A stretch of 64,000 nucleotides of DNA from an uncultured Deferribacteres bacterium (GTDB lineage: Bacteria > Zhuqueibacterota > JdFR-76 > DREG01), in NCBI GenBank assembly GCA_964464595.1, contig CAYXGW010000002.1, positions 753 through 64,752 of the forward strand. The letters are read 5' to 3'. Of the stretch, positions 37,800-46,722 are shown one piece after another. Both the position numbers and the translations under genes were made by a program. Each line of letters opens with the position of its first letter. Position 1 is the first letter of the stretch. The notes beneath the pieces are model-generated. The model was not told the DNA's origin, made no database searches, and was given only the letters and a program-made list of their open reading frames with translations.

Positions 37800-38000
37800 G
37801 CGCATATTACTTAACGTAACGGCTGTTGCGCGCCTGTGTTTATGTACTTAATTAAATTAAGACCACTAAATCTTGCTGACTCACCAAAGCCAAATATCGT
37901 GCACCCTGATAGGTGTCACAACCAGCCACATGTTAGGGCATGAATCGTAGTGGTACTCCACAGTACCACAGGCGACAGCTTTATTGTGTTAAATAGTTTT

Positions 38001-38696
38001 TTACCTATCAGCCTTTGGCAATAATGCCGCAGGAACTTGCTGCCCGTACTCTTTATCTTCAATCTTTACATAATTTACTAATACTAATCTAGATTTAGTT
38101 AAAGAGCCTATATGTCCAATTCCTTTTGCATAATAGACTTTAGCAGTGTCTGCGGATATTGTATCAAAATACTGATAATTAAAGACATCTTGAAAAACCC
38201 CAGCAGGTGTTGTCATTTGTCCGATATAATGAGCAGTGAATGATGTTGCTTTCGAATCATATATACGCCAGTTGTGTCCATCTTCAGCGAATACTTCTGC
38301 AATACGCGTTTCATTATATGGATTTTCGTATGTGTCTCTTTTTACCAAAGATGTCGCATACAAATACCCATCTCTTACAAAGAGATAGCTGAAATGAATT
38401 GAATTGTTTGTTGAAGAAGTATTACTTTCTTTAATATAAACTTCTTGACCGTCCTCCCTAGATGCTCTTCCAGAAATTTTCGTGTTTTGGTAAGTACCAT
38501 CTGAATTGTTGACATATTGTTTTAAGATCCCTACTTTTAATGGAGTGTATGACTCTCCTGTTTCGTCAACTTCAGAAAAGTCTGTGGGTGAAGAACAACT
38601 GTGCCCGAAGATTAAAATAGATGTTAATAACACAAAACGACAAATTAATTTATCCATTTTATTACCTTCCTTTTTTAGTGAATAAAACGAAAACAC
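38001..38696 (-). CDS. Hypothetical secreted/lipoprotein. The likely start is the internal Met at about 38657 (MDKLICRFVLLTSILIFGHSCSS).
   Basis: It has a signal peptide with Cys, a Tyr/Asn-rich mature part, and no recognisable domain. Confidence 0.45.
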   Translation of the reverse strand: MFSFYSLKKEGNKMDKLICRFVLLTSILIFGHSCSSPTDFSEVDETGESYTPLKVGILKQYVNNSDGTYQNTKISGRASREDGQEVYIKESNTSSTNNSIHFSYLFVRDGYLYATSLVKRDTYENPYNETRIAEVFAEDGHNWRIYDSKATSFTAHYIGQMTTPAGVFQDVFNYQYFDTISADTAKVYYAKGIGHIGSLTKSRLVLVNYVKIEDKEYGQQVPAALLPKADR

Positions 38697-38896
38697 TATT
38701 AGGCATGTTTTTGTTCACCAATCAAACGATTTCACAAAATCTCCAAGGATTCAACGGCTTAAGTGTGTTCAGCGATTAACAAGTTATTCTATAATTTTTA
38801 GATAACACCCCAAACTTATAAGATTTTTAATTGACTCGCAAGAGAAACTTAACTTCTTACAAGGTTGGATGCACCTTTAAACTTCTCTACGTTATT

Positions 38897-38996
38897 GGGT
38901 TTTCACCTCCCTAACAGTTTGTTTTTTATTAAATAAAATTCTGAAAACTTGCCAGCTATACACGTAAATTAAGCTTAGCAATGAATAAATTTAGCG
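38897..38996. repeat. Intergenic repeat copy B
   Basis: GGGTTTTCACCTCCCTAACAGTTTGTTTTTTATTAAATAAAATTCTGAAAACTTGCCAGCTATACACGTAAATTAAGCTTAGCAATGAATAAATTTAGCG aligns with copy A. Confidence 0.7.
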
Positions 38997-39314
38997 TGCT
39001 AACGTTGCAGCCCCCATGCTTATACCTAAAACAACGAATCTTTTAAATCCTCTATTCCGGATACGATAAATAGCGTCTCTTAAATTTTGCATATTTATAT
39101 TGATTCGCGATTCGTGAAACTCACCCGAACTGTCGCCAGTTCCGAAAAAATCAAAACGCTCCACATAGAAGTCTGCCTTGGCAAAGCTCCTTGCAGATTC
39201 CACAAATAAGCGATTACTTTCGGATTTGTTTCCTGTAAAACCATGACACATCAGGATGCATGTGTTATTTTCTTGAATCGGATGATTAGCAATTCCTACT
39301 AATTGTTTGTTCAA
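38991..39314 (-). pseudogene. Alpha/beta-hydrolase gene truncated after the nucleophile elbow (107 aa; GISMG). The stop codon is supplied by repeat copy B.
   Basis: It has HGFTGNK (oxyanion region) and GISMGAA (GxSxG) but lacks the Asp/His half of the catalytic triad. The ORF ends exactly at the boundary of the 100-bp repeat. Confidence 0.6.
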
Positions 39315-39491
39315 ACTTTCAAATGTGAAAGGAGATTAAAGCATAAATTGGATTTCCGATTTAGAATAACTGATAAAATAATTATTGAAATAATTAGAAA
39401 GTTATCTTTTCTATTCCACAATTATTTAGGACGTTTAGATGAATGTAGATTCAAAAAATCAAAGGGCATTGTTTCTTGAGATCAGGATGTT

Positions 39492-40055
39492 TTATTCAAT
39501 TACATACTTTGAAAAATATTTTGAAGTAAGTTTTTGATATGTGAAGAGAATTAGCCAAGCTAATAAAATACCCAAAACACCTCCGCAAATTACATCAAAT
39601 GGATAATGGACTCCAACATAAGACCGGGAATAACCCACCGCTCCGGCAAAGATAAAAACAAACAGGTTTGTTTTCGGGTAAAGTCTGGAAAAAAAGAAAG
39701 CTGCACCAAATATATTGGTTGCATGAGAAGATGTAAATGAGAAAGCCTTTGAACATGAAACCAACAACCGAACTCCTTCTAGCACATTGCAGGGTCTTAT
39801 TCGCTCTACTAATGGTTTTATAACTGAACTACTGACATAATCCGTTAATATAATTAATGGAATAATGAGTGCTGCGGCAATCCTACCCCGTTTTCCTCCA
39901 AAAATAATTAATCCTATCCAAATGAGCAAAATCGGGATCCTAAAATTTTTATCATTTGTAATGAACGGCATAACCACATTAAATACAGGATTTGCCATTG
40001 ATTTATTGATCAAAAAAAAGAAATTTGTATCTAAAATCAAAATCCAATCAAACAT
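39492..40055 (-). CDS. PAP2-family (type 2 phosphatidic acid / undecaprenyl-PP) phosphatase, integral membrane
   Basis: It has the PAP2 motifs KPLVERIRP, SFTSSHA and SRSYVGVHYPFDV. Confidence 0.75.
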   Translation of the reverse strand: MFDWILILDTNFFFLINKSMANPVFNVVMPFITNDKNFRIPILLIWIGLIIFGGKRGRIAAALIIPLIILTDYVSSSVIKPLVERIRPCNVLEGVRLLVSCSKAFSFTSSHATNIFGAAFFFSRLYPKTNLFVFIFAGAVGYSRSYVGVHYPFDVICGGVLGILLAWLILFTYQKLTSKYFSKYVIE

Positions 40056-40136
40056 ATTATTTATTCTGGCGATTTTTACTAGTAAATGATATATAAAATT
40101 AGTAATAATTTTAATAATTTTGAAGCCAATAATATA

Positions 40137-40165
40137 TTGACTTTTTATGTTATTGCAATTATATT
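40137..40165 (+). promoter_or_regulatory. Candidate sigma-70-type promoter (TTGACT-17 bp-TATATT) upstream of efp
   Basis: Seen in the sequence about 54 bp upstream of the efp ATG. An AAGGA ribosome-binding site lies at -9. Confidence 0.25.
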
Positions 40166-40218
40166 CTCAAATATTTTTCTAAATTTACAATTTTATTAAT
40201 ATTAATTTAAGGATGTAA

Positions 40219-40776
40219 ATGGCACAAGCATCGAGTTTTCGGTCGGGTATGGTTCTCGAATTGGAAAATGAACTCTGGCAAATTACGGAGGCTCAACTTG
40301 TAATGCCCGGCAAAGGTGGTGCTTTCGTTCGAACAAAACTAAAACATATGAAATCAGGGCGAGTCGTCGAGCGGACATTTCGATCTGAAGAGAAATTAAA
40401 GGATGTTCGGGTTGAAAGAAAGTCGATGCAATATCTTTATAAGGATGGTGGTCACTTCTATTTCATGGATCAAAACACATATGACCAGGTTACTGTGGAT
40501 GCCGATTTCTTAGGAAATTCAGTAAACTATTTAAAGGAAGGAAATGATTCAGATTTACTTTTTCATGGATCTGAACCTATAGGTATTGAACTTCCAAATT
40601 TTGTCGAATTGAAAGTTGTTAAAACAGAACCGGGCTTAAAGGGAGATTCTGTGTCTGGTTCAACGAAACCGGCTCATCTGGAAACCGGAGCGATGGTTCA
40701 AGTCCCTTTATTTGTTGAAGAAGGGGACAAACTTAAAATTGACACTCGCACAAACGAATATGTTGAAAGAGTATGA
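40219..40776 (+). CDS. efp: Translation elongation factor P
   Basis: It is 185 aa with KPGKGGAFVRTKLK (the modified-Lys loop) and a VKTEPGLKGD C-terminal domain. Confidence 0.9.
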   Translation: MAQASSFRSGMVLELENELWQITEAQLVMPGKGGAFVRTKLKHMKSGRVVERTFRSEEKLKDVRVERKSMQYLYKDGGHFYFMDQNTYDQVTVDADFLGNSVNYLKEGNDSDLLFHGSEPIGIELPNFVELKVVKTEPGLKGDSVSGSTKPAHLETGAMVQVPLFVEEGDKLKIDTRTNEYVERV

Positions 40777-40818
40777 CATTTCAACTTTTAGATACAAAAT
40801 ACCCTATTGGGAGGGATC

Positions 40819-41316
40819 ATGAATGTTAAAATGATTCGCAATTTAATTAAGATAGTCGAAGAAAGTAATATTGCGGAATTGGAAGTTTCTCGTTGGGGAA
40901 GGAAAGTTAAAATTGTTAAAAATAGTAGCGATAATCATAAATTATCAACCTTAGTTCCGTCAGAAAACGTTATTATAACGGAGAAAGCAAATACTATTCA
41001 GGAAGAATTAATTTCGGAAGCCAGTATTTCAGAAACATCAGCAACAAAGCCTTCTATTTCTGATGAACAAGCAAAGGGCCATGTGATACGTTCTCCGATG
41101 GTTGGTACCTTTTATCGTAAACCGTCGCCGGAAAGTGATTTATATGTAGAAATAGGTGACCGGATTACTCCCGGTAAGATTTTGTGTATTATCGAAGCTA
41201 TGAAATTAATGAATGAAATTGAGGCAGAGGTAACTGGTACTATCGTTGAAATCCTAGTGGACAATGGAAATCCTGTTGAGTATAATCAACCTCTCTTTCG
41301 AGTAAAAGAAGAATAA
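40819..41316 (+). CDS. accB: Biotin carboxyl carrier protein of acetyl-CoA carboxylase. The likely start is the ATG at 40819; the ORF track starts at a TTG at 40807.
   Basis: It has the C-terminal biotinyl domain with [21 protein letters not shown] ribosome-binding site precedes 40819. Confidence 0.85.
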   Translation: MNVKMIRNLIKIVEESNIAELEVSRWGRKVKIVKNSSDNHKLSTLVPSENVIITEKANTIQEELISEASISETSATKPSISDEQAKGHVIRSPMVGTFYRKPSPESDLYVEIGDRITPGKILCIIEAMKLMNEIEAEVTGTIVEILVDNGNPVEYNQPLFRVKEE

Positions 41317-41348
41317 AATTCAAATAAGGGCTGATTTCCGGAGGAATT

Positions 41349-42722
41349 GTGTTTAATAAAATATTGGTCGCAAATCGCGGAGAAATAGCTCTTCGAGTCA
41401 TTCGGGCCTGTAAAGAACTTGGCATTAAAACAGTAGCAATTTATTCATCTGCAGATACTGACTCGCTGCATGTTCGTTTTGCTGACGAAGCTGTTTGTAT
41501 TGGGCCCCCACCCAGTTATGAAAGTTATTTAAATATCCCCCGCATAATAAGTGCAGCAGAAGTTACAAATGCAGACGCTATCCATCCTGGATATGGCTTT
41601 TTAGCTGAGAACGCCCATTTTGCTGACATTACCGAATCTTGTAATATGCAGTTTATTGGTCCACCTGCCAGTATTATCGATAAGATGGGGAATAAAGCCT
41701 TCGCTAAAACAACAATGAAGGAAGCCGGAGTACCCATTATACCCGGAAGCAAAGGAGTTCTAAAGAGCAGTGATGCAGCTAAAAAATAAGCCAAAATTAT
41801 TGGTTATCCCATCATTCTAAAGGCATCGGCCGGTGGTGGGGGCAAAGGTATGCGTGTTGTCCACAATGAAAACGAATTGGAAACCGCATATCAGTCAGCG
41901 CAAAATGAGTCCAACGCGGCATTTGGAAATTCCGATTTATATCTTGAAAAATTTCTTCAAAAACCGAGACATATTGAAGTTCAAATACTAGCAGACCATT
42001 ATGGAAATGTGATCACTCTTGGTGAAAGAGAATGTTCTATTCAGCGGAAACACCAAAAACTAATTGAGGAATCTCCCTCACCTGCAGTTGATGATGAATT
42101 ACGAAAAAAAATTACATCAGCTGCACTAGAAGGAGCAAAAGCTGCGAGTTATAGAAGTGCCGGTACGATCGAATTTTTACTTGAACCTGATAATAATTTC
42201 TACTTTATGGAAATGAACACCCGGATTCAGGTAGAGCACCCTGTTACTGAAAGTGTATTTGGCATTGACCTTATTAATGAGCAGATACGAATAGCAGCAG
42301 GTGAAAGGATTAATGAATTTTCTCAGAATTTAAAAATGCGTGGCCATGCAATTGAATGTCGCGTAAATGCAGAAAACCCGGATAAAAATTTTGCCCCATC
42401 ACCTGGTACAATTACATATTTCCATATACCAGGAGGATTTGGTATTAGAGTTGACACTCATGCGTATGCTCAGTATGTTATTCCTCCCTATTATGATTCT
42501 TTAATTGCTAAGCTAATAGTACAAGGAAAAACAAGGGAGGAAGCACTCAAAAGAATGGAAAGAGCGCTAGAAGAATTTGTAATTGAAGGTATTTCGACTA
42601 CAATTCCCTTACACCAGCGAATTATCAAAAATGAAGATTTTAGAAATGGCAATTTCGATATCAATTTTATGGATGCGTTTTTGGAGAATGGAAAACATTT
42701 GGAAATTCAAAAAGAGGAGTAG
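41349..42722 (+). CDS. accC: Biotin carboxylase (acetyl-CoA carboxylase subunit) with a GTG start. It contains an in-frame TAA at 41787-41789 that splits it into 146-aa and 290-aa ORFs.
   Basis: It is collinear with AccC over the whole length ([15 protein letters not shown]...[20 protein letters not shown]...[14 protein letters not shown]...). The stop falls between DAAKK and AKIIGYP inside the ATP-grasp domain. Confidence 0.8.
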
Positions 42723-42725
42723 GAA

Positions 42726-43103
42726 ATGGATATTCCCAAAGATTTAAACTATACGGAGGAGCATGAATGGGTGCTTTTCGAAGATAATGTTGCTACTATT
42801 GGCGTGACAGATTATGCCCAAAGCGAACTTGGGGACGTAGTATTTATAGAATTACCAAATGTAGGTGAACTGGTTCAACATATGGAACCTTTCGGAACAA
42901 TCGAAGCAGTTAAAACTGTTGCCGATCTCTTTGCTCCCGTCTCCGGTGAAGTTGTGGAAGTAAATACCTTACTGGAAGAAAATTCCCATTTAATCAATGA
43001 AGATCCATATGGAGAGGGTTGGATTATTAAAATCAAAGTATCAGATCCTGGTGAGGAAGAACACCTTTTAGATGCAGATGAATACGCTAAAATTATAGAG
43101 TAA
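42726..43103 (+). CDS. gcvH: Glycine cleavage system H protein
   Basis: It has the lipoyl-lysine motif EAVKTVADLFAPVSGEVVEVN. Confidence 0.9.
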   Translation: MDIPKDLNYTEEHEWVLFEDNVATIGVTDYAQSELGDVVFIELPNVGELVQHMEPFGTIEAVKTVADLFAPVSGEVVEVNTLLEENSHLINEDPYGEGWIIKIKVSDPGEEEHLLDADEYAKIIE

Positions 43104-43129
43104 GGGTTAAACCAATTACGAGGAGCTGA

Positions 43130-44479
43130 ATGCCGTTTATACCAAATACAGAGCAAAATGAAAAGAAAATTTTAAACACAATTGGAATTGATTCATTTGA
43201 ACAGCTGATTACCGAAATTCCCCAAAATGCCAGATTATCAGGCGAATTAAACTTACCGGCGCAACTATCTGAACTGGAAGCAGTTCGGTTATTGCAGAAC
43301 CTTGCAGAAAAAAATAAAAATATTAACCAATATTCTTGTTTTATTGGAGGGGGAGCATATGACCATTATGTTCCCAGTGCTGTTGATGATATTATATCCA
43401 GGTCAGAATTCTATACTGCATATACTCCTTACCAACCTGAAGTTAGTCAGGGTACTCTACAAGTTGCATTTGAATATCAAACATTGATCTGTGAGTTAAC
43501 CGGAATGGATATAACCAACGCATCTCTCTATGAAGGAGGGGCTTCTTTTGCTGAGGCTGTATTATTAACCAATAACTCAAAAGATTCAAAACGGATGTTG
43601 GTGTCCGCAGGAATTAATCCGTATTACAAAAAAGTTATGCAAACATATGCAGATGGCCAGCAAATTGAACTAATCAATATTCCACTCAATGAAAATGGTG
43701 TCACTGATTTAATTGCATTAAAATCTTTACTTTCCGAACCTACCGGCGGTGTCTTCATACAACATCCCAATTTTTTTGGTAATCTTGAGGTAGTATATGA
43801 ATTAGAATGTATCATTCATGACGCCAACAGTTTTTTCGTCGTTTCCATTGATCCAATTTCACTTGGAGTGATTTCTGCCCCAGGTGATTATGGAGCTGAT
43901 ATCGTTACCGGAGAAGGACAAGTATTTGGAAATTCCCTAAGCTTTGGCGGTCCGTACTTAGGTATTTTTTGTGTAAATAAAGAACTGGTCCGTAAGCTAC
44001 CTGGAAGATTAATTGGCGAGACTGTTGATATCGAAGGCCGTCGTGGATTTGTCATGACACTTAGAACCCGAGAACAAGATATTCGAAGAGAAAAAGCCAC
44101 ATCTAATATTTGTACAAATCAAGCCTTAAATGCCTTAGCGGCAACAGTTTACCTTTCATTGCTAGGAAAACAAGGAATTAAGGAAGTTGCTGAACATTGT
44201 CTACAAAAAAGTCATTATTTAGCTGAAAAGATTTCTCAACTTAAACATTTCAATCTTTTGAACAACAGTTTATTTTTTAAAGAGTTTGTTATAAAATGTC
44301 CTGTGGAAGCAGGTACTGTAATTCAAAAACTCAAACTTGAAGGGATACTTGCTGGCCTGGATTTGGGAAGAATTTATCCAAACCGAAGAGATCAGCTTTT
44401 GGTAGCCGTTACCGAAAAAAGATCAACGGATGAACTTGATACATTCGTATCTGCACTAAAAGCATATTTCGAAAATTAA
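43130..44479 (+). CDS. gcvPA: Glycine dehydrogenase (decarboxylating) subunit 1
   Basis: It is 449 aa. The N-terminus matches GcvPA family proteins (split P-protein). Confidence 0.8.
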   Translation: MPFIPNTEQNEKKILNTIGIDSFEQLITEIPQNARLSGELNLPAQLSELEAVRLLQNLAEKNKNINQYSCFIGGGAYDHYVPSAVDDIISRSEFYTAYTPYQPEVSQGTLQVAFEYQTLICELTGMDITNASLYEGGASFAEAVLLTNNSKDSKRMLVSAGINPYYKKVMQTYADGQQIELINIPLNENGVTDLIALKSLLSEPTGGVFIQHPNFFGNLEVVYELECIIHDANSFFVVSIDPISLGVISAPGDYGADIVTGEGQVFGNSLSFGGPYLGIFCVNKELVRKLPGRLIGETVDIEGRRGFVMTLRTREQDIRREKATSNICTNQALNALAATVYLSLLGKQGIKEVAEHCLQKSHYLAEKISQLKHFNLLNNSLFFKEFVIKCPVEAGTVIQKLKLEGILAGLDLGRIYPNRRDQLLVAVTEKRSTDELDTFVSALKAYFEN

Positions 44480-44496
44480 TTCCTGAAAATAGGCTT

Positions 44497-45378
44497 CTAA
44501 TAACTAAACTCATCATCGAGATTGAATACTTTTTTAGCAACCAGCATGTACCCCATGTGAAACCTCGAATCATTGTTCCTACCATTTATTTCACTTAATT
44601 CTTCCCCACAATAAATTGATTTTTCAGGTGTTACTTTCAATAATACTTTTTGTATTTTTCTTAACAATCGTTCAAACATCGCTAAAATAGTGTTTGGCTT
44701 TTGTATTTTATTCACTGGCTTTCTTAACAAATTTATTGCGTAGAAAATAGTCTGTACCATAGAATTAAAAAAATAAGGAATTCTTTTCCCTTTTGAATTA
44801 AGGACTTGAACATTAAACCCATTTTGTTCTGCAAGCATCCTTAAACCATCTGCCGTATAATTTGCAAATACTGGTCTATTAGTGAAAGAGAATTCATTTG
44901 AGACCATCACGACGAAATGACCATGACGCTTTAAAACCCTATTGGCCTCACGAAAAAGATGGGTTGGCGATTCAACTTTATTTAGCATATCCAGGGATAG
45001 TACAGTGTCAAATGATTCATATTTAAAAGGAAGCGTAAGTCCGTCGGCCCAACAGTCAGATTGATCTTTTTCAATCCAATTAGGCAAATCTATGCCGATA
45101 TATTGACTAACTAAAGAATTAATCAAAAGTGCATATGGTTTATTTCCGCAACCTATTTCCAAAAGATTATCATGAATAAAAGGCCATACTTCAACCAATG
45201 CTTTTGCCCCCAATTCCATAGAATAAAGTTTATTGGCTGGTATGGCAGATGGCTCAACAGAATATAAATTTAAGCCTGCATCATAACAAAGGGCTTGTCG
45301 GGCTATTTTCAGATTATTTCGAAATGTATTCGAAAATAGTTTTTCAGTCCAATAATTTCTAATACTAACGTCAGTCAC
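44497..45378 (-). CDS. Class I SAM-dependent methyltransferase
   Basis: It has motif I LEIGCGNKPY and a Rossmann-like fold region. Confidence 0.6.
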   Translation of the reverse strand: MTDVSIRNYWTEKLFSNTFRNNLKIARQALCYDAGLNLYSVEPSAIPANKLYSMELGAKALVEVWPFIHDNLLEIGCGNKPYALLINSLVSQYIGIDLPNWIEKDQSDCWADGLTLPFKYESFDTVLSLDMLNKVESPTHLFREANRVLKRHGHFVVMVSNEFSFTNRPVFANYTADGLRMLAEQNGFNVQVLNSKGKRIPYFFNSMVQTIFYAINLLRKPVNKIQKPNTILAMFERLLRKIQKVLLKVTPEKSIYCGEELSEINGRNNDSRFHMGYMLVAKKVFNLDDEFSY

Positions 45379-45394
45379 GGTTTGTTCTATGCTA

Positions 45395-46120
45395 TTATTC
45401 GTCAGAGATTTTGAGTGTTGTTTTTGTAAATATGTTGTTAGTTAAAGTATTAAAAAATCCATTTGAGACTTGTGGATTACTTGTTTGATTAAGCAAAAGT
45501 GTATCGATATTTTCTTGTGCCATTTTGGTCGTAACCTGTATGAGCTTTTCGGGATCAGCTTTACTATTAAGATTTGAACTAGTCATTTTGCCATTATCAA
45601 ATAGATGCACGAGCCAATTTTTATCAAACAAGCCATTTCGTAGTAGGGCTAATTTGTTCAATTTTATTAAATCTACCGGATTGCTTAAATTTCCATTACC
45701 ATTATGTGCCACTTCGTGTTGTGAGACCAAACCTGTTACACCAATAACATTTTCTTTAACAAATTTTGTAATCGCTTCTCTTAACCATTTGGTTTCCAAG
45801 TTTAAGCAAGCATCCATAAATTGGATATATTTCCCTTTTGCTAATGACAACCCTTCAAACCTGGCTTCTTCCTTATTCCATTCTATTCCGCAATCAAACT
45901 GGATAACATTAAGCCTGGATTCAATTTGTGGTACTTTTGGTACTGGCCTTAAGGGGGACATAATTAACAGGAATTCCAATTTATCTTTCGGATATTTCAA
46001 TTGAGTCAATGATCTTAGACTTTGCTCAATTTGAGGAAGTGGACAATCAGCTGTTATTATTATGCTTATTAACGGGTAATTTATCATCCAAACCTTAGTT
46101 TTTCGGATTGCTTTATTCAA
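45395..46120 (-). CDS. GT2-like glycosyltransferase domain protein. The track ORF starts at a TTG at 46120; the true start may be the ATG at about 46087.
   Basis: ISIIITA...EFLLIM... and a FMDAC (DxD-like) motif resemble the GT2 N-terminal half. Confidence 0.4.
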   Translation of the reverse strand: MNKAIRKTKVWMINYPLISIIITADCPLPQIEQSLRSLTQLKYPKDKLEFLLIMSPLRPVPKVPQIESRLNVIQFDCGIEWNKEEARFEGLSLAKGKYIQFMDACLNLETKWLREAITKFVKENVIGVTGLVSQHEVAHNGNGNLSNPVDLIKLNKLALLRNGLFDKNWLVHLFDNGKMTSSNLNSKADPEKLIQVTTKMAQENIDTLLLNQTSNPQVSNGFFNTLTNNIFTKTTLKISDE

Positions 46121-46283
46121 GAAATGACAAATGCCTATATAAAGGCAAATCGCATACCATAAAACATCGATATTGGTATATCCCTAATTATCTGATTTTA
46201 ATAAGGTTATCTTATCCTCCTATTTTCTAAAGATTGAAATAAGTGTATCAATAAGAAACAATAGTAATCAATGAGACAGAAAA

Positions 46284-46302
46284 TAGTAATTAATTGACCC
46301 AG
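46284..46302. promoter_or_regulatory. Perfect palindrome TTGACCC-AGTTA-GGGTCAA in the divergent promoter region upstream of the beta-oxidation operon
   Basis: Seen in the sequence. It has the geometry of a dimeric transcription-factor operator. Confidence 0.3.
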
Positions 46303-46722
46303 TTAGGGTCAAAACCTGGGAAAGATGAAGATTAAACAAACCATGAAGGAAACAACAATCTGCGATAGCCATTTATTTCTGTATTTACTCCCATTAGAAA
46401 TCCTGAAGAAAAACACCGAAAGACATCAAGAATATAAAAACAATGAAATATTTTGAAATTAATTAAAAATTATGAGTGTGAATTTATGCAGAACTTAATA
46501 TTCAAATATTGTCTTAACCTCTTGTTTTTATTCAATAAATGTTTCCGTTTTTTGATTATTGAATAATCCAGTTTAATAATCAAAAAGCAGAGTTAATTTT
46601 ACGGAAACCCAAATCGAATAACTTTTACTGTTTTAAAAATAAATATTTAATAATGTATATTTAATTCCCAAAAGAATAACTAATCGATAAGTATTCAATA
46701 ATATTTTTAAAGAAAATGCTTT

